Assembly: GCF_001194135.2 (NCBI RefSeq)
Contig: NC_068999.1
Location: forward strand, 47,798,000-47,844,744
DNA: 46,745 nucleotides
Source: Octopus bimaculoides
Taxonomy: Eukaryota
Reading direction: 5' to 3'
The notes under the pieces were generated by a model, which searched no databases, was not told where the DNA came from, and saw nothing but the letters and a program-made list of their open reading frames with translations. Each line of letters begins with the position of its first letter. Position 1 is the first letter of the stretch. Shown in pieces: positions 1 to 10,111 of the stretch. The translations under genes and the position numbers were made by a program.

Positions 1-816
1 ATTTACGTGCCATATGCTTCCGGGTTGATTGTGTTTGGTGTTAATATATTTGTCGTCTGATTCCAATCAAAAAGTTAATTATAATTTAATTATAATCATT
101 TCTACTTCCAAGTCTGAGCAATACAAACATTCTGCATCTACACAATGCCGTTCATAATATGCCATATAGAAACTTGTAAATAAATAAGTTTGTTAATGCT
201 TTAGAAATATTTTTCTCTGTGTGTGTGTGTGTGTGTGTGTGTGTTTGTCTATGCGTGTGCGTGTGTGTAAATGTACATGTGTGTATATATATATATATAT
301 ATACATATATATATTTGTTTATTTATATACATACACACTCATCTATCTATATTACTATCTATCTATCACTTTACATCCTGACTTTTCTGTGATACACGAT
401 CCCTATTGATCCTTTTTGTTTCTTTTACGATCCCTTTTGATCGAAAATCTACTCCCCCTTTTTTCCCCTTCCTTCTCCTCCCGAAGGAGAAAAGCTCTAC
501 TTTGTAACCTGTCCCCTCTGTGTTCAACCCTGTGTGGCTAATAAAGAAACATATCTATCTATCTATCTATCTATCTAGCTAGCTAATCGCGACATTGTGG
601 TTTCGATTCCTAGACCGGGTGGTGCATTATGTTCTTGAGCAAAACATCTCACGTTGCTCTGTAATCACTTCGACACCCGACATGTGGCACACAGTGCACC
701 TATTCGGCCAACGGCGGCGGCACATACACTTGATCACTATAAACAAATCATTTGTGCAGATCGTCCGGCAAAAGCTGAAGGTTCACACGTTGTCCTCGAC
801 GGGTGAGTTCATCATA

Positions 817-1027
817 CAGGGCGGCCCAAAAGTAGGTTTACAGTTATCACATAGGCACTTTAAATTTCTTTTAAAACATTTTATTACATTTAAATTTCTA
901 TCTTACAATTAACTAAATTAGCATAGAATAATGGTTTCATATTTTTTAATAATTAAGATCTAAACTGTTAATATATGAAAGCGAAAGAGATAGTTGAGTA
1001 TTGTAAACCTACTTTTGGGCCACCCTA
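817..1027. mobile_element. Tc1/mariner-type MITE
   Basis: Inverted termini CAGGGCGGCCCAAAAGTAGGTTTACA (817) and TGTAAACCTACTTTTGGGCCACCCT (to ~1026), with TA on the left flank. The right half recurs inverted at 23506-23606, next to a transposase fragment. Confidence 0.8.
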
Positions 1028-1220
1028 TGTATATGTTCATTTAACGACTTATAATAAAAAATAATTGTGAATTTTCCGAAAGTCCTCTCCACCCACAATG
1101 GTCGTCAGCGCAATTCTTTTTTCATATTCGTTTTCTACATACTTCTTAACACCCAGCGGACTGGTATACTATTTTTTTTGTTCACGGGGGAAGATCTTTG
1201 TATTGACCAATAATTTACAT

Positions 1221-1450
1221 TGTCCGGAAAGTTCGTGCCGATTTTTAAAGGAAAAAAACAAAAAGGGGTCAATAAATACTTGCCATTACATTTCTAATCA
1301 ACCAAATATGAACCATTTTGTTGCACAATGTGTCTCCATCTTTCCTTTAACTTGAAAATACCCTCTTCCCAGAATTGAGGTGGTTTCATGGCAAATAAGT
1401 CGAAAGGTAAGCTACTATAAATCGGCACGAACTTTCCGGACAACCCAATA
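1221..1450 (-). mobile_element. Internally deleted mariner element
   Basis: Perfect 24-bp inverted repeat TGTCCGGAAAGTTCGTGCCGATTT (1221-1244 / 1419-1442). It encloses FDLFAMKPPQFWEEGIFKLKERWRHIVQQNGSYLVD*, a typical mariner transposase C-terminus. Confidence 0.85.
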
Positions 1451-1589
1451 CTATACAATTTACATAATATTTTTTGTAGAGTACATACATATCGTACCTT
1501 TAGTGACTTCGAAGTCACTATCACCACTCGTCTTGTAAAAGTATATGTATGTATGTATGTATGTACGTACGTATGCATGTTTTTCTTCT

Positions 1590-2025
1590 TCTCTTGTTAA
1601 TTTAGAGTAAATTTTGGCAAGGCTTTGAATCTTGCAGATTTTTGTAATCCCAGATATCGAGATTATTTGTAGAATTTGAGATAAGTATTTGTCTCCTCTT
1701 CCCAAGAACCCAAGTTCAGCCATACTTTACTCCAGATGGGTTGGTATGCACCCTGTTATTCCAATAATAATGGGTATGAAGCTGAAAGTGTATCTTGGGG
1801 ACAGGATTTGCAAACTTCTCATCAAGAGTCCATAAATGACCTCTCCCACTTGTACTTTTCTAACCACATTGGCCTCAAGCGGGCAGATGTTTCCCACAAC
1901 AGAACAAAGCTTTTCCTTGTGATCATGTATGTATACCGGGTTTAACTGTGTTGAACTTTGTGTATAGGAACTGGCAGATAACCTGTCATCATTGTGAAAT
2001 TCTGGATTAGGTTTCCTAACAATTC
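1590..2025 (-). mobile_element. Degenerate R4/Dong-like (RLE clade) non-LTR retrotransposon C-terminus
   Basis: ORFs 1727-2062 and 1460-1723 are the same frame separated by one TAA: KEKLCSVV..CP..N...K....YG.L.R.LQIL.P.Y.F.FIPIIIG..G.IP..L...LGF......LQ..S..G..KICK, resembling the restriction-like endonuclease region. The catalytic PD motif is not recognisable. Confidence 0.6.
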
Positions 2026-2611
2026 CTGGAAAAATTATATTTCTGTAAATGTTTAGTTTCATCAGAATTATAGCAGATACCTTGATAGGTGTTGATGTAT
2101 ATATGTATGTAACAAAAGGTGGCGCTGGACGAGCTTTCGGAAAATTTTTATCGGATTACTAGGTTTTCGATGACGGATATTCCGAATATGCTAAAAATCA
2201 ANNNNNNNNNNTATATATATATATGTACACACACACAACAGACGAGGTATCAATAAATAATGGACACTGCATATTTTTCGCTATTGTAGTAAACTTGACT
2301 TGTAACTGTTTCCAGTAACAGCTGAAAGTCAAATTTACTACAATAAAGAAAATTATGTAATAGCCATTATTTACACCTTGTCTTGTATATCACCAGTATA
2401 ACCTTAAAGACCTGTATAACTGGTGCACAAGCGTGGATTTACAACATAGAGTGGTAATGAACGAGAGAACCTCGAACGCTGCCGCCAGAATACGCGGTGT
2501 TCTTAACTTAATCTTTAAAATATTGTTAGCCTGGTGTACTAACACAGAGGTTATAAAGTATTTTGCTTGGGCTGATAATCCCTCACTAATAACTATGTGC
2601 ACACACAGACA

Positions 2612-2654
<43 letters not shown>

Positions 2655-2767
2655 CTAATAAGTTCATTCAGACAAAACTTTAAGTGCAATGATTCTTATA
2701 GCTCAAAACAGCATTAAGCCAATAAAGTGGATTACGCAATTTCTGTTCCCTAATCATTCCATTAATT

Positions 2768-3404
2768 NNNNNNNNNNNNNNNNNNNNNNNNNNNNNNNNN
2801 NNNNNNNNNNNNNNNNNNNNNNNNNNNNNNNNNNNNNNNNNNNNNNNNNNNNNNNNNNNNNNNNNNNNNNNNNNNNNNNNNNNNNNNNNNNNNNNNNNNN
2901 NNNNNNNNNNNNNNNNNNNNNNNNNNNNNNNNNNNNNNNNNNNNNNNNNNNNNNNNNNNNNNNNNNNNNNNNNNNNNNNNNNNNNNNNNNNNNNNNNNNN
3001 NNNNNNNNNNNNNNNNNNNNNNNNNNNNNNNNNNNNNNNNNNNNNNNNNNNNNNNNNNNNNNNNNNNNNNNNNNNNNNNNNNNNNNNNNNNNNNNNNNNN
3101 NNNNNNNNNNNNNNNNNNNNNNNNNNNNNNNNNNNNNNNNNNNNNNNNNNNNNNNNNNNNNNNNNNNNNNNNNNNNNNNNNNNNNNNNNNNNNNNNNNNN
3201 NNNNNNNNNNNNNNNNNNNNNNNNNNNNNNNNNNNNNNNNNNNNNNNNNNNNNNNNNNNNNNNNNNNNNNNNNNNNNNNNNNNNNNNNNNNNNNNNNNNN
3301 NNNNNNNNNNNNNNNNNNNNNNNNNNNNNNNNNNNNNNNNNNNNNNNNNNNNNNNNNNNNNNNNNNNNNNNNNNNNNNNNNNNNNNNNNNNNNNNNNNNN
3401 NNNN
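2768..3404. other. Assembly gap (others at 4430-4871, 15324-15903, 17301-17417, 23845-24755, 29738-29921; short gaps at 2201-2211 and 8194-8203)
   Basis: Runs of N, several flanked by microsatellites. Confidence 0.98.
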
Positions 3405-4010
3405 ATATATATATATTTGTGTGTGTCTGGAGTTGAAAGGGAGTTAGGAGGTAATACATATCAAAAATTATGGTTGAAAATGTTATAAAGCTGGTAGAAA
3501 GGCACAGAAGCATATTTTAGAGAATGTTTAATAGTCTTGTTCCAGTGAGTGATTTAAAATATGACCGGTTTCGGTTATCAAATATTAGAGAGAATTTTTT
3601 AGGAAGTCAAAGAGACAAAAAAAAATGGCGGTGGGGTTCAACAGTTTGTAGCCATGTTTAATGCACTTCAGCGTCACTCCTTAAATATGTTGTGTCTACG
3701 AAGGTTTGTGGTGAGGTTCAGGAATTCTATTGAAAAGAAGTCTTTTGAATTGAATTGGTGGTTTCTATTCATGGTATGAGCAGCTGTGTGTCTATGTGTT
3801 TTGGAATATATTGTCAAAATCTTCCTTCTTTTTTTTTTACCTTTTTTTTTCTATTGAGAGAATATGGACAGCAGTTAAGGATGGTCGTTCAAAGAATTTA
3901 CAAGAAAATATTTTTCATTTGATTTTATTTATTTATTTTTTGTTTGCGTGGGTGTCAATATATGTGTGTTATTTTTGTTCTTTGGAAATATGTTTTGTAT
4001 ATTATGGTGG

Positions 4011-4057
<47 letters not shown>

Positions 4058-4229
4058 CTCAGACAGACACACACACATGACGACGATGGTGTTGGTGTGA
4101 AGTTCATTGAATAAAAGAGGAGAGGAAGCGCGCGCGCACACACACACACACACATACACACACACACACTCGCACACACGCTCGCACAGGTACAGGCAGA
4201 CACGTTGTATGCGTGGATGAGACACATAT

Positions 4230-4420
4230 GTACAGGCGTGGCTGTGTGTGGTAAGATGCTTACTTCCAAACCACGTGGTTCCGGGTTCAGTCCCACTGCG
4301 TGGCATAACCTAGTGAGTAGATTTGGTAGAAGGAAACTGAAAGAAGCACGCCATACATATATGTGTATATACATACATACATACATACATATGTGTGTGT
4401 GTGTTGACTCTTTTGTCTAA
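4230..4420 (+). mobile_element. tRNA-derived SINE family B copy
   Basis: Head GGCGTGGCTGTGTGGTAAGA..GGGTTCAGTCCCACTGCG with A/B-box-like motifs, body ..GATTTGGTAGA.GGAAACTGAAAGAAGC, running into microsatellite. About 10 further copies in the window (e.g. 17715-17885, 25500-25810, 28215-28540, 30392-30660, 33660-34035, 41730-42110, 42670-42970, 44270-44430; approximate). Confidence 0.8.
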
Positions 4421-5399
4421 TATATATATNNNNNNNNNNNNNNNNNNNNNNNNNNNNNNNNNNNNNNNNNNNNNNNNNNNNNNNNNNNNNNNNNNNNNNN
4501 NNNNNNNNNNNNNNNNNNNNNNNNNNNNNNNNNNNNNNNNNNNNNNNNNNNNNNNNNNNNNNNNNNNNNNNNNNNNNNNNNNNNNNNNNNNNNNNNNNNN
4601 NNNNNNNNNNNNNNNNNNNNNNNNNNNNNNNNNNNNNNNNNNNNNNNNNNNNNNNNNNNNNNNNNNNNNNNNNNNNNNNNNNNNNNNNNNNNNNNNNNNN
4701 NNNNNNNNNNNNNNNNNNNNNNNNNNNNNNNNNNNNNNNNNNNNNNNNNNNNNNNNNNNNNNNNNNNNNNNNNNNNNNNNNNNNNNNNNNNNNNNNNNNN
4801 NNNNNNNNNNNNNNNNNNNNNNNNNNNNNNNNNNNNNNNNNNNNNNNNNNNNNNNNNNNNNNNNNNNNNNNATTCCAGAACTCATCCATGAAAATCCAGT
4901 CACATATAGAAAAAAATTAATAAGTAAATACACTAAAAAGAACTATAATAAAATACAATATTTGACTGTGGCCATGCTGGAGCACTGCCTTCAGTCGGAG
5001 AAATCGACCCCAGGACTTATTCTTTGTAAGCCTAGTGCTTATTCTATCGGTTCTCTTTTGCTGAACCGGTAAGACACGGGGACATAAACCCACCAACATC
5101 GGCTATCAAGCGATAGACACACAAACATATATATACATAAGATAAATTAAATATAGAGATATTCTAATGACAGTCCAATAATTTATTTATATTACAACAT
5201 TACATTAAATACTATGAATATAATATTATATAAATAATACAAAAATCGTATAAAAGGCCAACAAATTGTTTCGACTTATATATATTATTTCTGATATATA
5301 TAAACGCATTTCCATTATATATAAATCACTTTGAAGGATTTCTTTTCCTCAGTTTGTTACGATATATATCATTAGTATATATATGTATATATATATATA

Positions 5400-5760
5400 T
5401 AATAAAAAACAAAGAAAAAGACAACAGGAAAAAAAAGCAACAACGCGAGGACGTGGTACGTTGCAAAGTGTTAATAAGAGAAGAAAAGACAGGGTGTTTT
5501 ACGTTTCAAGCAAAGGCTCTTCTTCAGAAACAGGGAATAAGAAAGTCCAAGTCAAAAAGAAGACGGCGGAAAAAAATCGTTCAATGCTCCAAATGAGGAG
5601 TAGATAGACAACCGACAACTGATGAAGGGCCGTTATTTGTGTTACTTGTCCTGTTTTCCATTTGTTTCTCTCGTTGTTTGCGTATTGAACCCATTTGTTC
5701 TTGTATTTCATGTTGTTTACTGTTTATTCGCCGGTTTATACCAGTGTTCAGTGCTAACTA
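5400..5760. mobile_element. Possible Penelope-like element terminal fragment
   Basis: Motifs ACGTTTCAAGC..CTCTTCTTCAGAAA and CTGATGAAGG resemble PLE terminal repeats. No coding homology recognised. Confidence 0.3.
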
Positions 5761-7004
5761 ACTACTTTAGTTTTGCATTGGTGTATATTGGTATTTAAAA
5801 TATTCATGAATGTGTGTATGTATATGTATAGAGGCATGTATGAGCACATAAACTACACTCTTCCAATTTAAGTGCGCATAGGTATGTATGTTTGTATCCA
5901 TGAATATACATGTGTGTGTGTGAATGCACTTCTGTATACGTGTATGCACATATGTATGTAATTATGCATCAGGCCATGTCGTCTTCTCGCCTAAGTCAAC
6001 ACCATCCTTATTGGCAATCTTTCCCCACCAATACCACTCTCTTGGTCTGACCATCACAACCTCTCCCGCATAAATATGACAATCTCCCATACACAAACAC
6101 CATCCCCTCCTCTGATCATCACCACTGCATCGACATCATCCCCATCGTCTGATATCTCTCCTACACCAACAGAGTCCGCTCCATCTGACCAGGTCTCCCA
6201 TACCAACACCATCTGCTTCCCATATACTAACACTCTTCCCTTCACCTGTCCATCTTCCCACGCCAACACCCCTCTCTTCCATGGACCATTTCTCCCACAC
6301 CAACACCATCCCCTTCATTTGACCATCTCCTCCATACCAACACCATCTTCATCGACTGACCATGCATCTCACACTAACAACATAATCTTCCTGCAATCAT
6401 TTTGATATAACAAACTGGTTTGCTATTTCATCGACAAATCTTGTACTTAAGAATGATAATCTTCACTTGACAGAACACGACGCACGTTTTAATTGCTCCA
6501 ACATTTTGTATAAATTATTTAAAGAAATTGCCAGTCCGAATGAAAATTATATTTTTAATGAATAAGGCTCTTTTGTCTGAAGTAGCAAAGAAAAAAAACG
6601 ATATATAAAAATGAGAATCATACAAACGTAACAGTTTAACTGGAATTTATACCTTGTGGTAATACAACTAGATTAGAAACCATTTAGCGGTGTTTGACTT
6701 GATTTTTCTTATTGTTTCTGGACGGGCAACATTTAGCGAAAGTAATTATTTCCCTCGCCTCTGCCATTGAAAGGCATTCAACACGGAATTGTGATATCAG
6801 TCGCTCTGAATTAACCAATCTTAAATAATTGTGGCAGACGTATGAGCAAAACTGAGTTAAGCAATGATCTTTCTTAATTTTGGCAAGATGGTTCAAATCT
6901 GTTTTCACTATTTCATTATCACGACGGAAAGATATTCATTATACTTAAAATTTTGTGTTAAGCAACCTGTTTTAGTGATAAATTCTTATAATATAGACGT
7001 CAGT

Positions 7005-7200
7005 GAGGCAGCAAGCTGGCTGAATCGTAAGCACATCTGGCGAAATGCTCAGCGGCATTTCGTCCTGTTTTGAGTTCAAATCCCACCGTGGTCGACTTTA
7101 CATTTCGTCTCTTTCGTGGTCGGTGTAATCAACTTACCTCTACGCCCGAAATTGTTGGCCTTGTACCAAAATTTGAAATCAATCTACATAAAGTTAGGGA
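7005..7200 (+). mobile_element. tRNA-derived SINE family A copy
   Basis: Matches the recurring consensus GAGCTGGCAGAATCGTTAGC..GAGTTCAAATTCCGCC..GTCGACTTTGCCTTTCATCCTTTCGGGGTCGATAAA. About 15 copies in the window (e.g. 11122-11300 +, 11590-11800 -, 12190-12405 -, 15940-16110 +, 19680-19866 -, 32570-32960 -, 34510-34720 -, 34850-35070 -, 39775-40070 +, 40710-40900 +; approximate). Confidence 0.75.
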
Positions 7201-7503
7201 CAAATAGAAAATTTAATTAATAATTTCGAAACATTAAATTTATGCCAGTGACAAAAAGGAAAAAAACGTATTTAATACGTTAACGCTTTAGTATCAAAGA
7301 CACTTTTGAAGAGAATTTGAAACAAAAAGGCAGAGTATTGAATGGAAGACTAAAATGGGTTCAGAAATGAAAGTTAAAAAATCGCCAACAGTTTTGAGTT
7401 TGACTCCTCGTTTATAGCGCAAGTTGCATCAAGTGTTTTACTGTACGTACACTACACCCTCTGAAATCATCATCATCATCATCACCGCCATCACCACGAC
7501 TAC

Positions 7504-7535
<32 letters not shown>

Positions 7536-8965
7536 CTTAACGTCCGCCTTCTATGCTGGCATGGGTGGGACGGTTTGGTAGAAGCCTGCACCAGACTTCT
7601 GTGACTGTTTTGGCAGGATTTTTACAGCTGGATGCCCTTCCTAACACCAACCACTCAGTGGAGTGGACTTAGTACTTTTTACAGCTGGGTGCCCTTCACT
7701 TTACAGTGTGGACTGGGTGCTTTTAAGTGGCACCTGCACTGACAGGGTCACCAAGTACTTGCAAGACAAAAAAAATCTCTTTTGAGAAGGGTGGGGACAT
7801 TGGAGAAGGTGATCTTGTGTCAGATGATGAAAGGTTATAGTGAGGCAGAGAGACAGAAACAGAGGAGGTACAAGGTTACTCGGCGAGAGAGAGAGAGGGA
7901 GGTGGGGAGAGATCAGGAATGAAGAGAGTAACAGGTGCAGTGCCGCAAAGGAAATACATGATTACCAAACCTGAGGGAAGTGCAGGAGGAGGGAGTGGGA
8001 GACAGCAGGATAGAGATGGTGGCAAAGTGCCGGGCATACTCAAAAGGGACGGGGATCAGAATATAAATGGGATGGTGAGTAAAGGAAGAGAGAGATATAG
8101 ATGGTGTACCCTTGGGGTTCGAACGTCGTAATATAAATGGCAGGTTATTGCGAGGAAGCGTGATTAGAGAGTGTAGACGGGGTGGGGCGAAAGNNNNNNN
8201 NNNAACAGGATTGGGAAGTGAGAGGTAGGCATAGTGTATGAAGGAGGAAATGTGAGGAAAAGAAGAGATGTAGATTAGTTTGTTGGGGTAGGGTGTGTGA
8301 AAAGTTTTCTTGATACGCGTGGGTGGACCACACAAGTCGGACTAGCGGATATCAATGATTCAGTGAGACAGGGCCAAGAGAGGATTGGGGAGTAAGTAGG
8401 AGATAAGCATAATGCATAAAGTGGAAATGCGAATAAGAGAAGAGATGTAGTTTCATTTGTTGTGGTAGTGTGTGTGTGAGAAGTTTTCTTGTTTGAGTTT
8501 CGCTGACGTGGGCGGGTCTTGTCAAGAAACTCATATTGCCAGACATCTCGGTCCATTGTCATTTCCTCTGCGAGGCCCAACATCATGAGATCGGTCCTTA
8601 CCAACTTCATCCACGTTTTCCTGGGTTTCCCTCTTCTGTGGGTACCATCCACTTTCAGTGATCGGCACTTCTTTATGCAGCTGTCCTCATTCATACGTAC
8701 CACATGTCCAAACCAACATAGTCTTCTCTCTTGCATGCTACATTTGATTCCTCTTATGCCCAACTTTTCTCTCAATACATTTGCACTTTGTCGTACATGC
8801 GCACTGATGTTGTACATCCAACGAAGTATACTAACTTCATTTCTCTCCAGTCTACGCATGTCTTCTGCATTCAGAGTCCATGTCTCACTACCATGGAGCA
8901 TAACCGCTCGCACACAAGCATCATACAGTCTACCTTTCACTCTGAGAGCGAGAGAGAAAGTCCAT
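7536..8965 (-). mobile_element. 5'-truncated RTE-clade LINE (ORF2 C-terminus, 3' UTR, (GAT)n tail)
   Basis: ORF 8275-8940: KGRLYDACVRAVMLHGSETW..RLCWFGHVVRM..RRGKPRKTW..DRDVW, the post-RT C-terminus typical of RTE. The 3' end ..CCATGCCAGCATAGAAGGCGGACGTTAAG is followed by (GAT)n at ~7505-7535. Related 3' fragments at ~23080-23470 and ~30640-31490. Confidence 0.9.
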
Positions 8966-9754
8966 TTGCTGTCATAAAAATCAGATTTTATGTTTCATTA
9001 TATTCTCTCATACACTGGGTATCCCATCCTTAATACGGTTACATTAGACGCATGCCAATTTTTCGCTTAATTTACGAATAAAAAAAAAAGTGCGTTAATT
9101 ACCGGCTTAAAGCAAAGAATGCGAAATCTTTGTTAACTGGTAAGGGTGATAACTAGAGACTTGTTTCGATCTATTAGACATCATCAGAGCTATGTTGTCT
9201 GATCAAACATTATTTCTTGATTATCTCCCTTTTATAAGTGTCGCTAATAATTACTACCAGGTATCAGTTTTCTTTCCATAACCAAGAAAGAAAATTAAAT
9301 AAAGATTTTTTTTTTTGCGTAAGCTCTTCAGTACCTGTTTCCTCTTTTAGTTCACTTTATTATTTATTGTACATTATTTATATTTATTATATATATTATT
9401 GCCTTACGACAATCAAATCGATTTTTAAAAATCTGTTTCATTCTCCTTAAAAAAATGTTTGTACATAAATAATTTGAAGTTTCATCAGATCTTCGGCTCA
9501 GCATAGAAATAATGAATCTTTTGAAACTGTGTTAGTTTTTCCTGTTTATTAAAATGAAATTATTTACAAGTTATTTCATATGAAACCTTGTGTGATAGTC
9601 TGTGTATAGTTTCATATGAATTTCTAAACGATGTTTTCTTCATAAATGTTTACTGTCAATTTTCTCTTCACTTATAAAATTCCATTCAATAATTTTCGCG
9701 GCGACCATGAAAAATTTAATCTTATATATTTTTATATATTTCTCTTTGTTTCAG

Positions 9755-10111
9755 AAAGCCGAAATATTACTACTTCTCTTTACATTTCCATACCTGTCGT
9801 CTCCTGCCTACATGAACTTCAAAGAAAACGCAGATTGTTCCATTGCGTGCGGTAATTTTTCCCTCTCCTGCTTCAAGCAATGTTTTACACATCTGAAGCA
9901 CAGCTTCGACCATTGTATCAAATACTGCAAATATTACATGAAGCAATGCGATTTCTTCTGCTTTTGTATAGATTGTAAAGGCAGCTTGCGGCCACCAAAT
10001 CCTAGACGATTCGTTTATACAAAACTAACTAAATCAAGACTAACTAAATCTCGAAAACCTTCAGAGGAAATATCTAATCTTTCTAAACCTAAAGGAAAGT
10101 CCTTGGAATAA
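9755..10111 (+). CDS. Probable terminal exon of a secreted cysteine-rich peptide precursor (family not recognised)
   Basis: Strong acceptor TTTCTCTTTGTTTCAG ending at 9754. 118 open codons: hydrophobic KAEILLLLFTFPYLSSPA, then 10 Cys arranged CX3C-X6-CX3C-X10-CX3C-X6-CX3C-X-C-X2-C, a dibasic RR and a basic tail. AATAAA at 10441. Confidence 0.55.
   Translation, partial: KAEILLLLFTFPYLSSPAYMNFKENADCSIACGNFSLSCFKQCFTHLKHSFDHCIKYCKYYMKQCDFFCFCIDCKGSLRPPNPRRFVYTKLTKSRLTKSRKPSEEISNLSKPKGKSLE

Noticed and set aside
1727-2025. Apparent coding exon with acceptor TTTTTCCAG and donor-like GTAAAG
   Set aside because: The translation matches a retrotransposon endonuclease region and continues in frame past a stop, so it is more simply a decayed TE.
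3620-3779. AAAATGGCGG motif and ATG|GTATGA donor as a first exon for the Cys-rich peptide
   Set aside because: 6 kb away with a gap in between and no independent support; the region may be a decayed LINE.
2680-5072. Long ORFs such as 2680-3513, 2689-3447 and 4287-5072 (also 15125-15968, 23824-24813, 29581-30003)
   Set aside because: They run through N gaps and are artefacts of translating X.
6054-6405. Ser/Thr/Pro-rich mucin-like ORF
   Set aside because: Low-complexity purine/pyrimidine-biased sequence resembling the RTE 3' UTR fragments elsewhere. No splice or domain support.
8519-9033. Plus-strand ORFs of 152 and 100 aa
   Set aside because: Antisense shadows of the RTE ORF2 fragment.
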